From: Verrucomicrobiota bacterium
GTDB lineage: Bacteria > Verrucomicrobiota > Verrucomicrobiia > Opitutales > Coraliomargaritaceae
Direction: 5' to 3'
NCBI GenBank assembly: GCA_039815375.1
Contig: JBCBZJ010000003.1
Location: 160,001-224,000 of the forward strand
Length of the DNA: 64,000 bases
Shown here: positions 50,834-60,866 of the stretch, in pieces
Numbering within the stretch: the stretch's first letter is position 1
Layout of the letters: every line of letters begins with the position of its first letter
Made by a program: the position numbers and the translations under genes
Notes under the pieces: generated by a model
The model's input: only the letters and a program-made list of their open reading frames with translations
What the model was told of the DNA's origin: nothing
The model's database searches: none

Positions 50834-52951
50834 CTAGAAACGGCCAGTTATAGAGAAGCGTGCGCTGATTGGCGCGCCGACTGTGGCCTGGTGCGTGCTG
50901 TGTGAACTTGGGTAGTATTCTTCGTCGAAGAGATTTTCTATGTTCACCTGGAGCCTTAGGTTCTCATTGATCTGATAGTAGGCTGCTGCATCAACGCGAA
51001 CGAAGTCAGGGAGTGTGGCACTGTTGCTATTGTTGATGAAGCTTTCATCCTGATAGATTGCGCCGAGACCCAGAGCAAATTGCTCGGTGAATTGGTATCG
51101 ATTCCAGATCGAGAAGGTATTTTGAGGCAATTCGCGAGGGTCGTTTCCTTCAAGAGCAGGGTCGTTATCGAATTTTTCGACTTCACCCTCCAGGTAACTG
51201 TAGCCTGCGGACAAAAACCAGTTTTCGGTGATTTGACCTGCGAGTTGAGCTTCAAAGCCTTGGACCTCTCTTTCAATTTTTGCCACCAAAGATGGATCAT
51301 TATCGTCAGTCTCACGCGAATCTTCATCGATTTGGAAGATCGCTGCAGTCAGGCTGAAGCCGTCGGCGAAGTCCCATTTAACACCTGCTTCGAGATTGCT
51401 GAATTCGTCTGGGTCAAGGCCCGCATCACCAAGGTTGGCGAATTGCTCGCCGCTCTGAGGAAGGAAGGTTTCGCTGTAGCTGGCGTAGAGTGAGATGTTC
51501 TTCTGCGGCTTGTAGATGATGCCACCGCGAGGGGTGAACTCCTCGTCCTTCTGGCTGCCGTTAGTTGTGCCGGATACGTCGATGTCGAAGCTATCAAAGC
51601 GAGCACCGAGCACGAGTGTGAGTTCTTCAAGAAGCTGGATTTCGTCCTGAATGTAGAAGGAGAAAACTTCAAGGTCTGTTTCGGTGTCGTCGTTGAGATC
51701 GGTGAAAGGACCTGCATCAAGACCGCCGGCGTTGAAGCCGACGCCCGGGATGTTGCGCTGGCTAATAAGAAAATCCTGTTGGTCTTCTGTGTCAGGGCCT
51801 GGATCAAAGTCTGGGTTGAAACGGTCGTTCTCGGACTGGCTGTCGATGTATTCTGCACCGAAGAGGATCTTGTGCTCGATATCGCCGGTTTCGAGTTCGG
51901 CAATCAAGTTGCCCGAGAGCACGAAATTTTCTCGCTGTGTAGTGTCAACGTATCCGTCCAGGGTAACCGTATCTGGGTCGCCCGCTTCGTCGTATCCTGC
52001 TGCGTAGAAGTTAGAGTAGAGCTTATCATAGTCGCCGTAGGACGCGGTCAGATTGCCCTTCAATACGTCGGAGAACCTGTGCTGAAGCAATGCACGGAAG
52101 ACATGCGCTTCGAATTCCGAAAAGTTCCGGTCCGGGTCGCCGAAGACAATGCCGTCGAGTGCGTCGACTGGCTCGCCATCTGAACCGGTTGGAATACCGC
52201 GGTCGATCGAACGGTCGTAGTCGAGATACTCGTAGGATACATCCAAAGTTGTGTCCTCGCTTAGAATAAACTTGAAGGTTGGGGTTACACCAAAAGCGTC
52301 ACCATCAGAGAAATCGCGATGATTTTCGAAGGCATCGTAGTAGGCGTTGAGGCGGAATGCTGAGCTTTCGTTGATACTTACATTGCCGTCGACCTGAGCA
52401 TCGTATCCGCCGAAGGTATCAACGCTGAGTGAATAGCCATAGAACTCTTCACCTATTTCAGCTTTCTTCGTAACACGGTTGAGAATACCACCAGCGCCGC
52501 CACGGCCAAAGAGGAGTGCATTTGGTCCGCGAAGGATCTCGACCTGCTCAATATTGTAGAGCGGGCGGTAATATTGCACGTCATCGCGAACGCTATCGAC
52601 ATAGAAGTCAGCAGTCGAACGCACGCCGCGGAAGACGACGGCGTCACGGTGAGCCTCACCCTGGGAGATGTTTACTCCTGGAGTGTAAGCAACGATGTCT
52701 TCAATGCTGTCAAAGCCACGAAGGGAAATCTCTTCAGCACTAGTCAACGAGAGACTCTGTGGCACGTTAATGATCGGAGTCGGCGTCTTGAGCGCATTGA
52801 CCTGGTCATTATAGAGGGAATTGCCCGTTACGGCATATTCGCTGAGTTCGACAGGGTTCTCGTCGGTATCTTTCTGCCCGTAGAGCGTAGATGCAGACAG
52901 CAGCAGGGATAATGCTGCTGTCCTTGTGAGTGTTGTGACTCGTTTATTCAT
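50834..52951 (-). CDS. TonB-dependent siderophore-type receptor (Fiu/FhuA-like)
   Basis: KT.TP...VPQS, YTPGV, EQVEILRGPNALLFGRG..GG.LNRVTK, NIENLFDE.Y, terminal RF; Fur box upstream. Confidence 0.92.
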   Translation of the reverse strand: MNKRVTTLTRTAALSLLLSASTLYGQKDTDENPVELSEYAVTGNSLYNDQVNALKTPTPIINVPQSLSLTSAEEISLRGFDSIEDIVAYTPGVNISQGEAHRDAVVFRGVRSTADFYVDSVRDDVQYYRPLYNIEQVEILRGPNALLFGRGGAGGILNRVTKKAEIGEEFYGYSLSVDTFGGYDAQVDGNVSINESSAFRLNAYYDAFENHRDFSDGDAFGVTPTFKFILSEDTTLDVSYEYLDYDRSIDRGIPTGSDGEPVDALDGIVFGDPDRNFSEFEAHVFRALLQHRFSDVLKGNLTASYGDYDKLYSNFYAAGYDEAGDPDTVTLDGYVDTTQRENFVLSGNLIAELETGDIEHKILFGAEYIDSQSENDRFNPDFDPGPDTEDQQDFLISQRNIPGVGFNAGGLDAGPFTDLNDDTETDLEVFSFYIQDEIQLLEELTLVLGARFDSFDIDVSGTTNGSQKDEEFTPRGGIIYKPQKNISLYASYSETFLPQSGEQFANLGDAGLDPDEFSNLEAGVKWDFADGFSLTAAIFQIDEDSRETDDNDPSLVAKIEREVQGFEAQLAGQITENWFLSAGYSYLEGEVEKFDNDPALEGNDPRELPQNTFSIWNRYQFTEQFALGLGAIYQDESFINNSNSATLPDFVRVDAAAYYQINENLRLQVNIENLFDEEYYPSSHSTHQATVGAPISARFSITGRF

Positions 52952-53002
52952 ATGTATGTTAAGCTAGGGTTTGTTTGACTTTTTGTTTTGCTGCGATCCT
53001 TA

Positions 53003-53074
53003 TTGAGACGGAGTCGCGAGTTCGAGCAGCACATACAGAAAATTACAGGAGGCAAGATAATGAGTCTCAATAAC
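53003..53074. promoter_or_regulatory. Fur-like boxes upstream of the siderophore receptor
   Basis: TTGAGACGGAGTCGCG at 53003; GATAATGAGTCTCAATAAC at 53056-53074 (14/19 to the E. coli Fur box). Confidence 0.7.
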
Positions 53075-53261
53075 AGAAAATATTTTGCATGGCATTTCCT
53101 ACGCTAATAATTTTCGGCATATCTAGTCTGTTTGCTTTATTTATAAAACGTTAGTTTTCGAGCGTCAGAATATCCGTATTTTAGCGTGTTATGCTGAGGA
53201 CTTGTCCGCATGAAGCCCCCCGGTTGTGGATTAACCGGGCACTCGGGCTGATCGTGATTTG

Positions 53262-53822
53262 CTAGGGACGAGCGTAGAAGACCGCATTAGGCTTGTCTTT
53301 TCCGGCTTTTCCGAGGCGTCGTGCAATTTTCCAACCATCCAGTTCGAGCTCAAGACTGCCGGGCATCTCGAAGCAGATCAATCCACCCTCGGCGACGATA
53401 GGCGAGATGTGTTCTACAAAAATATCAGGAATCCGGGTCTCGATCATGGCGTAGGGCGGGTCCATGAAGATGATATCAAAAGGTCCGAGACCGCGTGGGA
53501 TAGTGTAGATTTTTTGGGCCAGTAAAGGCCAGTCGTCGGAACTCGCGTTGCAGCTTTTAACCACAGCGGCGATATTCTTGCGCAGGCACGCCACTGCATC
53601 AGGGCTATTTTCGACGAATAGGCCGCCGCTTGCCCCGCGACTCATCGCTTCGAGGCCGTAGGCACCTGTGCCGGCGAAGAGATCGGCGATTCGGGCACCT
53701 TCGATACGTGAGCCAAGGGAGGAGAAGACGGCTTCGCGAAGTTGGTCTGTTGCGGGGCGTGTGCCATCGCCTTTGGGAGCGGTCAATTGAATGCCGCGAG
53801 CTTTACCTCCAGTGACTCTCAT
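53262..53822 (-). CDS. rsmD: 16S rRNA m2G966 methyltransferase
   Basis: MRV.GG...G..L, TRP.TD..REAVF, DLFAGTG.YGLEA.SRGA, IFMDPPY. Confidence 0.92.
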   Translation of the reverse strand: MRVTGGKARGIQLTAPKGDGTRPATDQLREAVFSSLGSRIEGARIADLFAGTGAYGLEAMSRGASGGLFVENSPDAVACLRKNIAAVVKSCNASSDDWPLLAQKIYTIPRGLGPFDIIFMDPPYAMIETRIPDIFVEHISPIVAEGGLICFEMPGSLELELDGWKIARRLGKAGKDKPNAVFYARP

Positions 53823-54178
53823 GGCACTCCGTTCAAAGACATTTCTGAATAAAATAAACAATCAAATCCATTTTGAATGCCGAATATCTGAAAGAGGTTT
53901 CCAAACACTTTTCCCATGCGGATCGATCCGGCTTCTTTGTCGAACCGAAATTATGCCATAGGCTGAGCAACTGTGCTCCGCAAACAAAGATCATAGTTTC
54001 GAAAGCACGTTTGCATCGTTTTGGTAGAATTGGTTGTTACTATGGAAGTAGAACCAAGGTCTTTCATTTTTTGAGGCTGCACCATTGTATTTTGAGGAAA
54101 TGGCTGTCTTGGAATGCCCTGTGCTATTCATCTGGTCTCGAAGCTTTGTGAGAACCGAAGCAGAATCGGACCAAGTAG

Positions 54179-55564
54179 GTGTCACTTTTTACGCGCATAT
54201 TTCGGGACCCTTTCGGGTTTCAGGCTCTCGGGCAGTTCAGGTTTGGAACCTATTTTAGCTTTTTCAACGCTTTGACTTGGCTGATTGTTGTTGGTTCGCC
54301 GATGGTGCTGATGGCCGAACATCTGGGAGCAACGGCTTTCCAGGTCGGACTTCTCTACTCGGCGGTCATGCTCTTCGTGCCTTTGCAGATGATGGCCGCG
54401 GCATTATTGCCCTACTTGGGGTACAAGCGGCAGATTGTTTTAACCTGGTCTGCGAGAACCGTCTTACTCATTATTCCGATAGCTATCGCACTGTTCGAGC
54501 CTGATGAGGCAAGGCCGCTTGCTCTTAATATCTTCATTGGAACGATCTTTGGCTACTGCTTTATCCGCTCGCTTGGAGCTTGTGCTTTGCTTCCCTGGTT
54601 TGTGGAAATTGTGCCGGAGAAGCTTCGGGGCCGTTTCTTTTCGGCCGATTCCTTCGTCATAGGCTCTGCCGGAGTGATCATACTACTCTTAAGCAGTGCC
54701 TTGTTTGCATTCTTCGAAACTTACGATGCCTTCGCACTTTTGTTCATTGGTGCGATCTGTGGTGCTGTCACCAGCATTCGATTTGTTATGAAGCTGCCTG
54801 ATGGAAAGCGCCCCGAGGTTCTTTCATTTCCGAGGATGCTAAACCGATGGTCTGCTCTTCTCACTGAGCCGAGTTACTTTAGAATCTTTCTTCTCTTACA
54901 GATTGTTCACTCGCTGACGGCTTTTGGTCTTACCCCATTTACGGTCTATTATCTCAAGCGTTCACTCGATTACGGGATAAGTTATATTATGTTTTTAAGT
55001 GCACTCCAGTATATCGGGATGTCGGTCGGTGCGCTATCGATAAAAGATCATATGGATCGATTTGGAGTGCGGCCATTCTTTGTGGTTACGCATGCCGCAG
55101 TTTTGTTTGTCATCTTCTACTGGTGCTTGCTCGTCCTTGGATTCAAGTCTCTCTCAATGCTCTTGCCGGTGACTTTTTTTACGACAGGTATGGCGACGGC
55201 GGGATATTTTACGGCAACTAACAAATATATGGCGAAGGTTTGCCGCCCTCGCGAACGTTCGATTGTTATCGCACTTTTTCAATCAACAGTCGGTCTCACG
55301 GCCGGGCTTGCGGCAACTGTCTGGGGTCAGATTCTTAAAGATACTTCAACGGGTGAAATTGTTGGGTCTCGTTTTCTGATTTATCTGGGAGTGTTTTCCG
55401 TGATTCAGTGCTACATGTGTTGGGGTTATTCCAGAATTCGTGAGAAAGGTCTTCCGAATCTACAAGCACAAGATGTCTCAGGCTGGAATCGTCCTTTGCG
55501 CTATTTCTTTGGCTTTGTAAATCTTGTGGAACCTCGACGGTCGAAGAAGCCGCCAACTCCTTAG
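54179..55564 (+). CDS. MFS transporter
   Basis: ~12 TMs; PW..EIVPE..RGRFF; D+FG.RP loop. Confidence 0.85.
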   Translation: MSLFTRIFRDPFGFQALGQFRFGTYFSFFNALTWLIVVGSPMVLMAEHLGATAFQVGLLYSAVMLFVPLQMMAAALLPYLGYKRQIVLTWSARTVLLIIPIAIALFEPDEARPLALNIFIGTIFGYCFIRSLGACALLPWFVEIVPEKLRGRFFSADSFVIGSAGVIILLLSSALFAFFETYDAFALLFIGAICGAVTSIRFVMKLPDGKRPEVLSFPRMLNRWSALLTEPSYFRIFLLLQIVHSLTAFGLTPFTVYYLKRSLDYGISYIMFLSALQYIGMSVGALSIKDHMDRFGVRPFFVVTHAAVLFVIFYWCLLVLGFKSLSMLLPVTFFTTGMATAGYFTATNKYMAKVCRPRERSIVIALFQSTVGLTAGLAATVWGQILKDTSTGEIVGSRFLIYLGVFSVIQCYMCWGYSRIREKGLPNLQAQDVSGWNRPLRYFFGFVNLVEPRRSKKPPTP

Positions 55565-55876
55565 TCCAAAGAGCGCCCTTGGCGTCTGGCGTAATCTTTT
55601 GGCGAGTGAGTTTTTAATGCGTTGACAGTTTCCCCAACCGTTTAATTCTCCGTGCCGTAGCCATGGTTGTTGGTTCTGGTTGTTGGTAGTCGAATCATTA
55701 ACGCCTCGACGGCGACCATGAGCTACACCCCCGACCATCCTTTTTCGGCCAGCTGGATGGAAGCTTTCCTGAAGAACGGTTTTGTCAGAAAAATCCTGCT
55801 TTCCGGATTCCATGCTTATCTGGACATTTCTCTCGAAGAAACTCCATTCGGCACGCTAAGCGCTGCATTGAGTTGA

Positions 55877-56857
55877 ATGCGGACACTGTTGTTTTGGAAC
55901 AGGGAGCTGGTAACGCGCTTTGTTGTTTTATTTTTCGTATTATCTTTTTGTAGTTCGGCTCGCGCAGTGAGATCGATCCGTTTTCAACCGGACTGGTTTC
56001 CTAATGGGCAATTCGCTGGATTCTTTTTAGCGGCAGAAAATGGCTACTATGAAGAATACGGGTTTTCTGTAGACTTTGCCGGATTCGGATTTGGAGTCGA
56101 TTTTGTGGAGGAGGTTGTTTCGAAGCGTGCGCATTTTGGAACCATTGAAAGCTACATTTTTCTTGATCGCGTTGCGAAGGGGGAACCGCTTGTTGCCATT
56201 GGAGCGGTGCTCGCGACAAGCCCTGCGGGATACATTTATTTGAAGTCTTCCGGGATCGAGGAGTTTGCCGACCTCAAAGGTCGATTGCTTGGTGTGCACA
56301 ATTATGCGGAAGGGCTTGTGCAACTCTTCGAAAAAGAAGCAGGATTAACTTTCGGAGCGGTCAATTTGAAGAAGGTTGAACATGATCTATCAATCCTTCT
56401 CGACGGGCAGGTTGATGCACACCAGGGCTTTGCTATAGACGAGATGCTTAGCTTGCAAAAAAAGACTGAAGAAGCAGTCGATATTCTTTTGTTTGAGGAG
56501 CTTGGTTTGCCAATGTATTCAATGGTTATCTATACTTCGAGAGAGACCTTGGCTGAAGAGCCGGAGATTGTAGAAGGCTTTCTCGAAGCGACGGCCAAGG
56601 GCTGGTCTAAGGCAATAGATCAGCCGGAGAAAGCGGCTGTCGTTATCAGCGAAAAGCATCCGCATCCTGAAGTAAAGGACACGATCTTAGCGGAGCAGAT
56701 CAAGATGATTGGCGATTTTATTAATCTTGATGCTGCGAATCCGAAAATGCGCACAGAGCTAGAGCGTTGGGAATCCATGCAAAAAGCCTTTATCCAAAGT
56801 GGCTTGCTGGCAGAACCTGTAGATTTGAATACGTGTGTCCTGAATGAAAGAGACTAG
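55877..56857 (+). CDS. NMT1/THI5-like ABC substrate-binding protein
   Basis: DWFPNGQFAGFF.A...GYY...G; FLEAT.KGW..A...PE.A. Confidence 0.85.
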   Translation: MRTLLFWNRELVTRFVVLFFVLSFCSSARAVRSIRFQPDWFPNGQFAGFFLAAENGYYEEYGFSVDFAGFGFGVDFVEEVVSKRAHFGTIESYIFLDRVAKGEPLVAIGAVLATSPAGYIYLKSSGIEEFADLKGRLLGVHNYAEGLVQLFEKEAGLTFGAVNLKKVEHDLSILLDGQVDAHQGFAIDEMLSLQKKTEEAVDILLFEELGLPMYSMVIYTSRETLAEEPEIVEGFLEATAKGWSKAIDQPEKAAVVISEKHPHPEVKDTILAEQIKMIGDFINLDAANPKMRTELERWESMQKAFIQSGLLAEPVDLNTCVLNERD

Positions 56858-56880
56858 AGGAGTTCGGAACCAAGCTGCTG

Positions 56881-57825
56881 CTAGGGAGTTTTGAGAACTG
56901 CTGTTTCTTTGAGGTAAGCAGTAATGGCATCTAGCTCCGTATCTCCGAAATCCTTGTGGCGGGGCATGATCGTATCGGGATAGACTGTCTTTGGGTCAAC
57001 GATGACGGAGCGAAGGTAGGCCTCGTTGTATTGAGCATGTGTTTGAAGGATGATAAAAGGACGCTCTGCAACATTGCCACCTACACTTCCGGGCCCGAGA
57101 TGGCAGGTGCTACATCGTTGTAGAAAGATTTGCCTTCCCGATCGGGCAATCTTGCTAAGCTGATCCATCGGAGGAGCGAAGTAGGGTGCGTATCGCTCTT
57201 CCGTATTTACCGCACGTATCCCTGACATTTGTGTCGCGGAGATCATGCCGAATTTCGGTGATTCCGGATAGCTGTCGAGCTGACCGTCGATAAAGACATA
57301 AAAAGGTTCCAGCGGTTCAATGTTACCTCCGAACCACGGCCAATTCCCGTCTTTGGGGCTTTCATTATTGTAGTAGAGCAGTAGCAGTGGATTCTTCTCT
57401 TCAATGTAGCTGATCTCCATGAAACTTTCCCAGCGGTCGGTGCATTCGAGCACGAGTCCGTCGCCGTGACTTTGGAGTCCGAGCAAATTGATTAGAGACT
57501 TGAGCGGGATGACACCAAGTTGCGCTTTGCCAGCTTTGGGAACAATCTCGGATTCAATGAGCTTGTAACCATCCAGTTTGGCGAGATCACTTCTTGTCAG
57601 ATATCCGTCCTTAGATTGCCAGGCTCCCGAAAAAAATAGTGAATCCTCCGCAGGCTTTTCAGATCGAAGAGTCAATCGACTTTCGGACCCTTGTGATGAT
57701 GTGCAAAATAGTAAGGCTGAAAATACGATCCACAGAGCATTCGGAGGAAAAAAAGCTCTTGCTGAACCGCGAAGAGGCTTAGTCCAGAGCGGGCTTTGCC
57801 CAAGCATATCTATTCGCATTCGCAA
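56881..57825 (-). CDS. Periplasmic protein with C-terminal monoheme cytochrome c domain
   Basis: G.QIF...CSTCH...MP; N-terminal domain resembles the molybdopterin-oxidoreductase-like fold (by eye); start uncertain. Confidence 0.75.
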   Translation of the reverse strand: MRMRIDMLGQSPLWTKPLRGSARAFFPPNALWIVFSALLFCTSSQGSESRLTLRSEKPAEDSLFFSGAWQSKDGYLTRSDLAKLDGYKLIESEIVPKAGKAQLGVIPLKSLINLLGLQSHGDGLVLECTDRWESFMEISYIEEKNPLLLLYYNNESPKDGNWPWFGGNIEPLEPFYVFIDGQLDSYPESPKFGMISATQMSGIRAVNTEERYAPYFAPPMDQLSKIARSGRQIFLQRCSTCHLGPGSVGGNVAERPFIILQTHAQYNEAYLRSVIVDPKTVYPDTIMPRHKDFGDTELDAITAYLKETAVLKTP

Positions 57826-57893
57826 AGACTTTCTCCTCGAAGGCTTAAAATTTTGAAGTCTGGTAGAGCCTCGATCTCGAGGTATAAAAATAA

Positions 57894-57930
57894 GGTCGGG
57901 CGACAGATTGCCGCCCGACCAGTTTTTTTT
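57894..57930. terminator. Hairpin terminator after the TonB receptor (possibly bidirectional)
   Basis: AAAAATAA-GGTCGGGCG...CGCCCGACC-AGTTTTTTTT. Confidence 0.75.
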
Positions 57931-57942
57931 AACAAACCCCGA

Positions 57943-60456
57943 CTAGAATTTGTATTTGAAGGAAAAGATGTAAGTCCGCTCGGGTGCTTTTGTGACCAGT
58001 GTATTCGCTGCGAAAACCGGATCAGAGCCGAGGAAGTAATCCTCATCCGTCAGGTTTTCGATTGAAGCGCCGATCTCCCATTTTTCAGTGGAGTACTTTG
58101 CTCCGATACCAAAAATTAGTGCATCCGGGAGTTCAATTTGATGGTCAAAATCGAGGAAAAACTCTTCCTGATAGATCATGCTTGCGGTGATCTCAAAACC
58201 GTTCTCGAAGTCGTATGCAGCGAATAGCTTGAAGACCTGCTCAGGCGTTCCGGGATAGACAAGGTCGGTGTTCTCGGGAGGAATGCCGAAATTACCGTCA
58301 ACGTAACGGTCGCGACCATCAAAGCTACCAGTGCCGAAGTTGCTGTTGAGTTCTCCTCCATATAAAGCCCAGTCCGCTTCAGAGAAGGGGATTGTCCGAA
58401 ACGGCAATGGATCCAGGCGCCTTACTTCCTGGGAAGTAAAGGAACCGATAACAGTAAGCTGGTCCGTGACGAGCCAGGTAGCTTCAACTTCGATGCCATC
58501 TCCTTCGAGGGCCTCACTTGCACCGCTGCGTCCGTTGAATGCACTTTGCTCCCACTCATAGTAGGCGATTGACGCGTAGAGTTTGTTGTCCAGCAGACCT
58601 GCTTTGACCCCAACTTCCCACATTTCGTTATCAGCAAAGTTCGCTTCGCCAACGACTGCACCACCTTGGGTTGGATCCATCGATGTGCCCTCTTGATAAT
58701 TGCCGTATAGGAATACCCCTTCGATCGTCTCAAGGTTGAAACCGAGACTGAAATTGATGAAATCCGTATCTCCGTCTCCGTCGTCTTCGAAGGCTATAAT
58801 GTCCAGCGGATCAACTGACTGAAGCTCTGAAGGAACATCGGCATCGAATTCTGCGATCTCACCACGAACCGATGCATTAATAGTAAGGCGATCGTCCAGA
58901 AGCTTTGATTGGCTGTTGGCGAATAAGGCATATTGCATAAGCTCGGATTCAACGTTGCCGCCGATTCCGCCGAAACCACCATCCCAGAAGTTTACTCCGT
59001 CAAGAGTGGTCTGGCCACCTGCAAGAATAATCGAGTTCGCGCTGATGATTGGTTGAGTGATGTCACGACGACTGAATGGCTCGACCCAAAAGTCCTGAAG
59101 TTGCTTCGCATCAGTGTAGCGTAAACTTACACCTAGATTGACGGTGGTGAACGGGATCAACGTGCGCTCTGTTATGAAAGCTTTGGTCGCCAGAACGGTC
59201 TGCTCCGAGTCAAAGGCATACCCATACGAAGAAAGTTTTTCAGTTTCAAGCGACTCGGCTAAGCCCTTGATTGTAAAGATTCGATCCGAATTGGAATCGA
59301 AGACCAAATCACCAAACAGGACGATGTTGGTCGAATCAGCGAAGTCACTTGGGTCCGTTAGCACCTCATTCCCGTCAATAGACTGCGTGACGGCCTGACC
59401 CCCGTTATCAAAATACTGTTGAGTGTAGACGTATTTTTCAACCCCGTCGGAATCCACAATGAACGCCATGTCATTGATATCGCCAAACTGAGGAACCAGT
59501 GCCTCAGCGACTGATCTCTCGAGGGCAAGTGCTACGTCATTACTCACCTGATTCCGATCGGCAAATCCAAGATTGTTACCGTTGGTGATGTTGATCGCCT
59601 CGCCAATCACATACTGTCCATCATCGATAAGCTCTTGTGTGGGTCGGTTCCAACCAGCGTTTTCGTTTGATTTATAATCAAAATACTCTCCGCCGACAAA
59701 AACGGACATCCCATCTTTTGGACGGAACTTCATGGATGCATAGACCGAGGTGAAATCGTTCGCAAAGTTATCGTAATAACTCTCACCGTCCTGACTCGTT
59801 ATCGAAACTCGAAAGGCGGCTGGTATTTCACCCGGGAGGAGAAAAGGGGAGCCATAATCTGCAGTGACCGTCTTTCGCCCCCAGTTATCCACTTCAAGTT
59901 CGATTGAACCGGATTCTTCGTCGAAGAATGGCGACTTCGGGATCAGGTTGACAAAACCGCCAACAAGCGTCGGTGAATAATCAGCAGGCGCAGGACCTTT
60001 GACGACTTCGATCGCCTCCAACGAACCGAATGACAAAGGCATCTCATTCCGATTAAAGGCACGAAGCATTCCGTTAAGGTAAGTGCCGCCCCTTACGCCA
60101 CGAATTGTAGGTGCTCCCGGCACGCCGTAGTAGTTGATTGCCTGGGTTCCGGCGCCGATCTTCTCAAGGTCTCGAAGGTCATCAATGTTGAACTTGTCGA
60201 GGATCTCAGGTGAAAGGAGTGTGACCGAGCGCGGCACTTCAAAAACGCTTACCGAGTCCCCAAAGAGCCCGGATATCTCCCGATCTGTAGGCATCACCGT
60301 ATCGACAAGCGCCGATTCGGTTTCGTTGAGGATGAAGGTTTCAAGGACGATGGTTTCATCTTCCTCGTCCGCAAGGAGCGAACTGATTCCAACGGCTGGT
60401 AGCAAGAAGATGCATCGAAGCATCTTCGAGGTCTGTATTCGCATATTGGCTGTCAT
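57943..60456 (-). CDS. TonB-dependent receptor (putative nucleobase/vitamin-precursor uptake)
   Basis: EVPRSVT, PTIRG, EAIEVVKGPA, GGFVNLIPK, IENLTDE.Y, terminal YKF. Confidence 0.9.
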   Translation of the reverse strand: MTANMRIQTSKMLRCIFLLPAVGISSLLADEEDETIVLETFILNETESALVDTVMPTDREISGLFGDSVSVFEVPRSVTLLSPEILDKFNIDDLRDLEKIGAGTQAINYYGVPGAPTIRGVRGGTYLNGMLRAFNRNEMPLSFGSLEAIEVVKGPAPADYSPTLVGGFVNLIPKSPFFDEESGSIELEVDNWGRKTVTADYGSPFLLPGEIPAAFRVSITSQDGESYYDNFANDFTSVYASMKFRPKDGMSVFVGGEYFDYKSNENAGWNRPTQELIDDGQYVIGEAINITNGNNLGFADRNQVSNDVALALERSVAEALVPQFGDINDMAFIVDSDGVEKYVYTQQYFDNGGQAVTQSIDGNEVLTDPSDFADSTNIVLFGDLVFDSNSDRIFTIKGLAESLETEKLSSYGYAFDSEQTVLATKAFITERTLIPFTTVNLGVSLRYTDAKQLQDFWVEPFSRRDITQPIISANSIILAGGQTTLDGVNFWDGGFGGIGGNVESELMQYALFANSQSKLLDDRLTINASVRGEIAEFDADVPSELQSVDPLDIIAFEDDGDGDTDFINFSLGFNLETIEGVFLYGNYQEGTSMDPTQGGAVVGEANFADNEMWEVGVKAGLLDNKLYASIAYYEWEQSAFNGRSGASEALEGDGIEVEATWLVTDQLTVIGSFTSQEVRRLDPLPFRTIPFSEADWALYGGELNSNFGTGSFDGRDRYVDGNFGIPPENTDLVYPGTPEQVFKLFAAYDFENGFEITASMIYQEEFFLDFDHQIELPDALIFGIGAKYSTEKWEIGASIENLTDEDYFLGSDPVFAANTLVTKAPERTYIFSFKYKF

Positions 60457-60866
60457 TGTGTTGTTGGTTCGTGGTTAGTTGTTAGTCGAATCATAAAATG
60501 GAAAGTGATTAACGGGTGGTGATGCCTGACCGCTTGTAGATGCCTGACGACAGGCATCGCTCTAAAGGCAACAAGCGAAACACGAACCGCTGAAAAATAC
60601 TCTCGAACCTCCCTGCAGTATTTTTGCAGGTGGAGAATTACTTTCAGGTTGCGAGGGAAAAGGCTCCTCGCAGCCTGAAGTCCCATTGGCGATGCGGTGG
60701 TCATTGTTGGATCATTTTTGCGCGGCCGAGACCACGTCTCGGAGCAATGACCCGCACGAATTTTTCGCGCTGACTGCTTCTACTCCTAAGCGATTAATTG
60801 AGCTTAAGTCGTGCCATTCGAGTCCTAATGGTGATTTTTTGAATAAATATCACCTGATTCACTCAA

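Noticed and set aside
55719..55732. tRNA-like 5' end GGGGGTGTAGCTCA on the minus strand
   Set aside because: No D-arm closure, anticodon arm or complementary acceptor strand; not a tRNA or tmRNA
60541..60556. ACGA-capped hairpin resembling a guanidine-II riboswitch
   Set aside because: Single hairpin, on the strand opposite to the downstream gene
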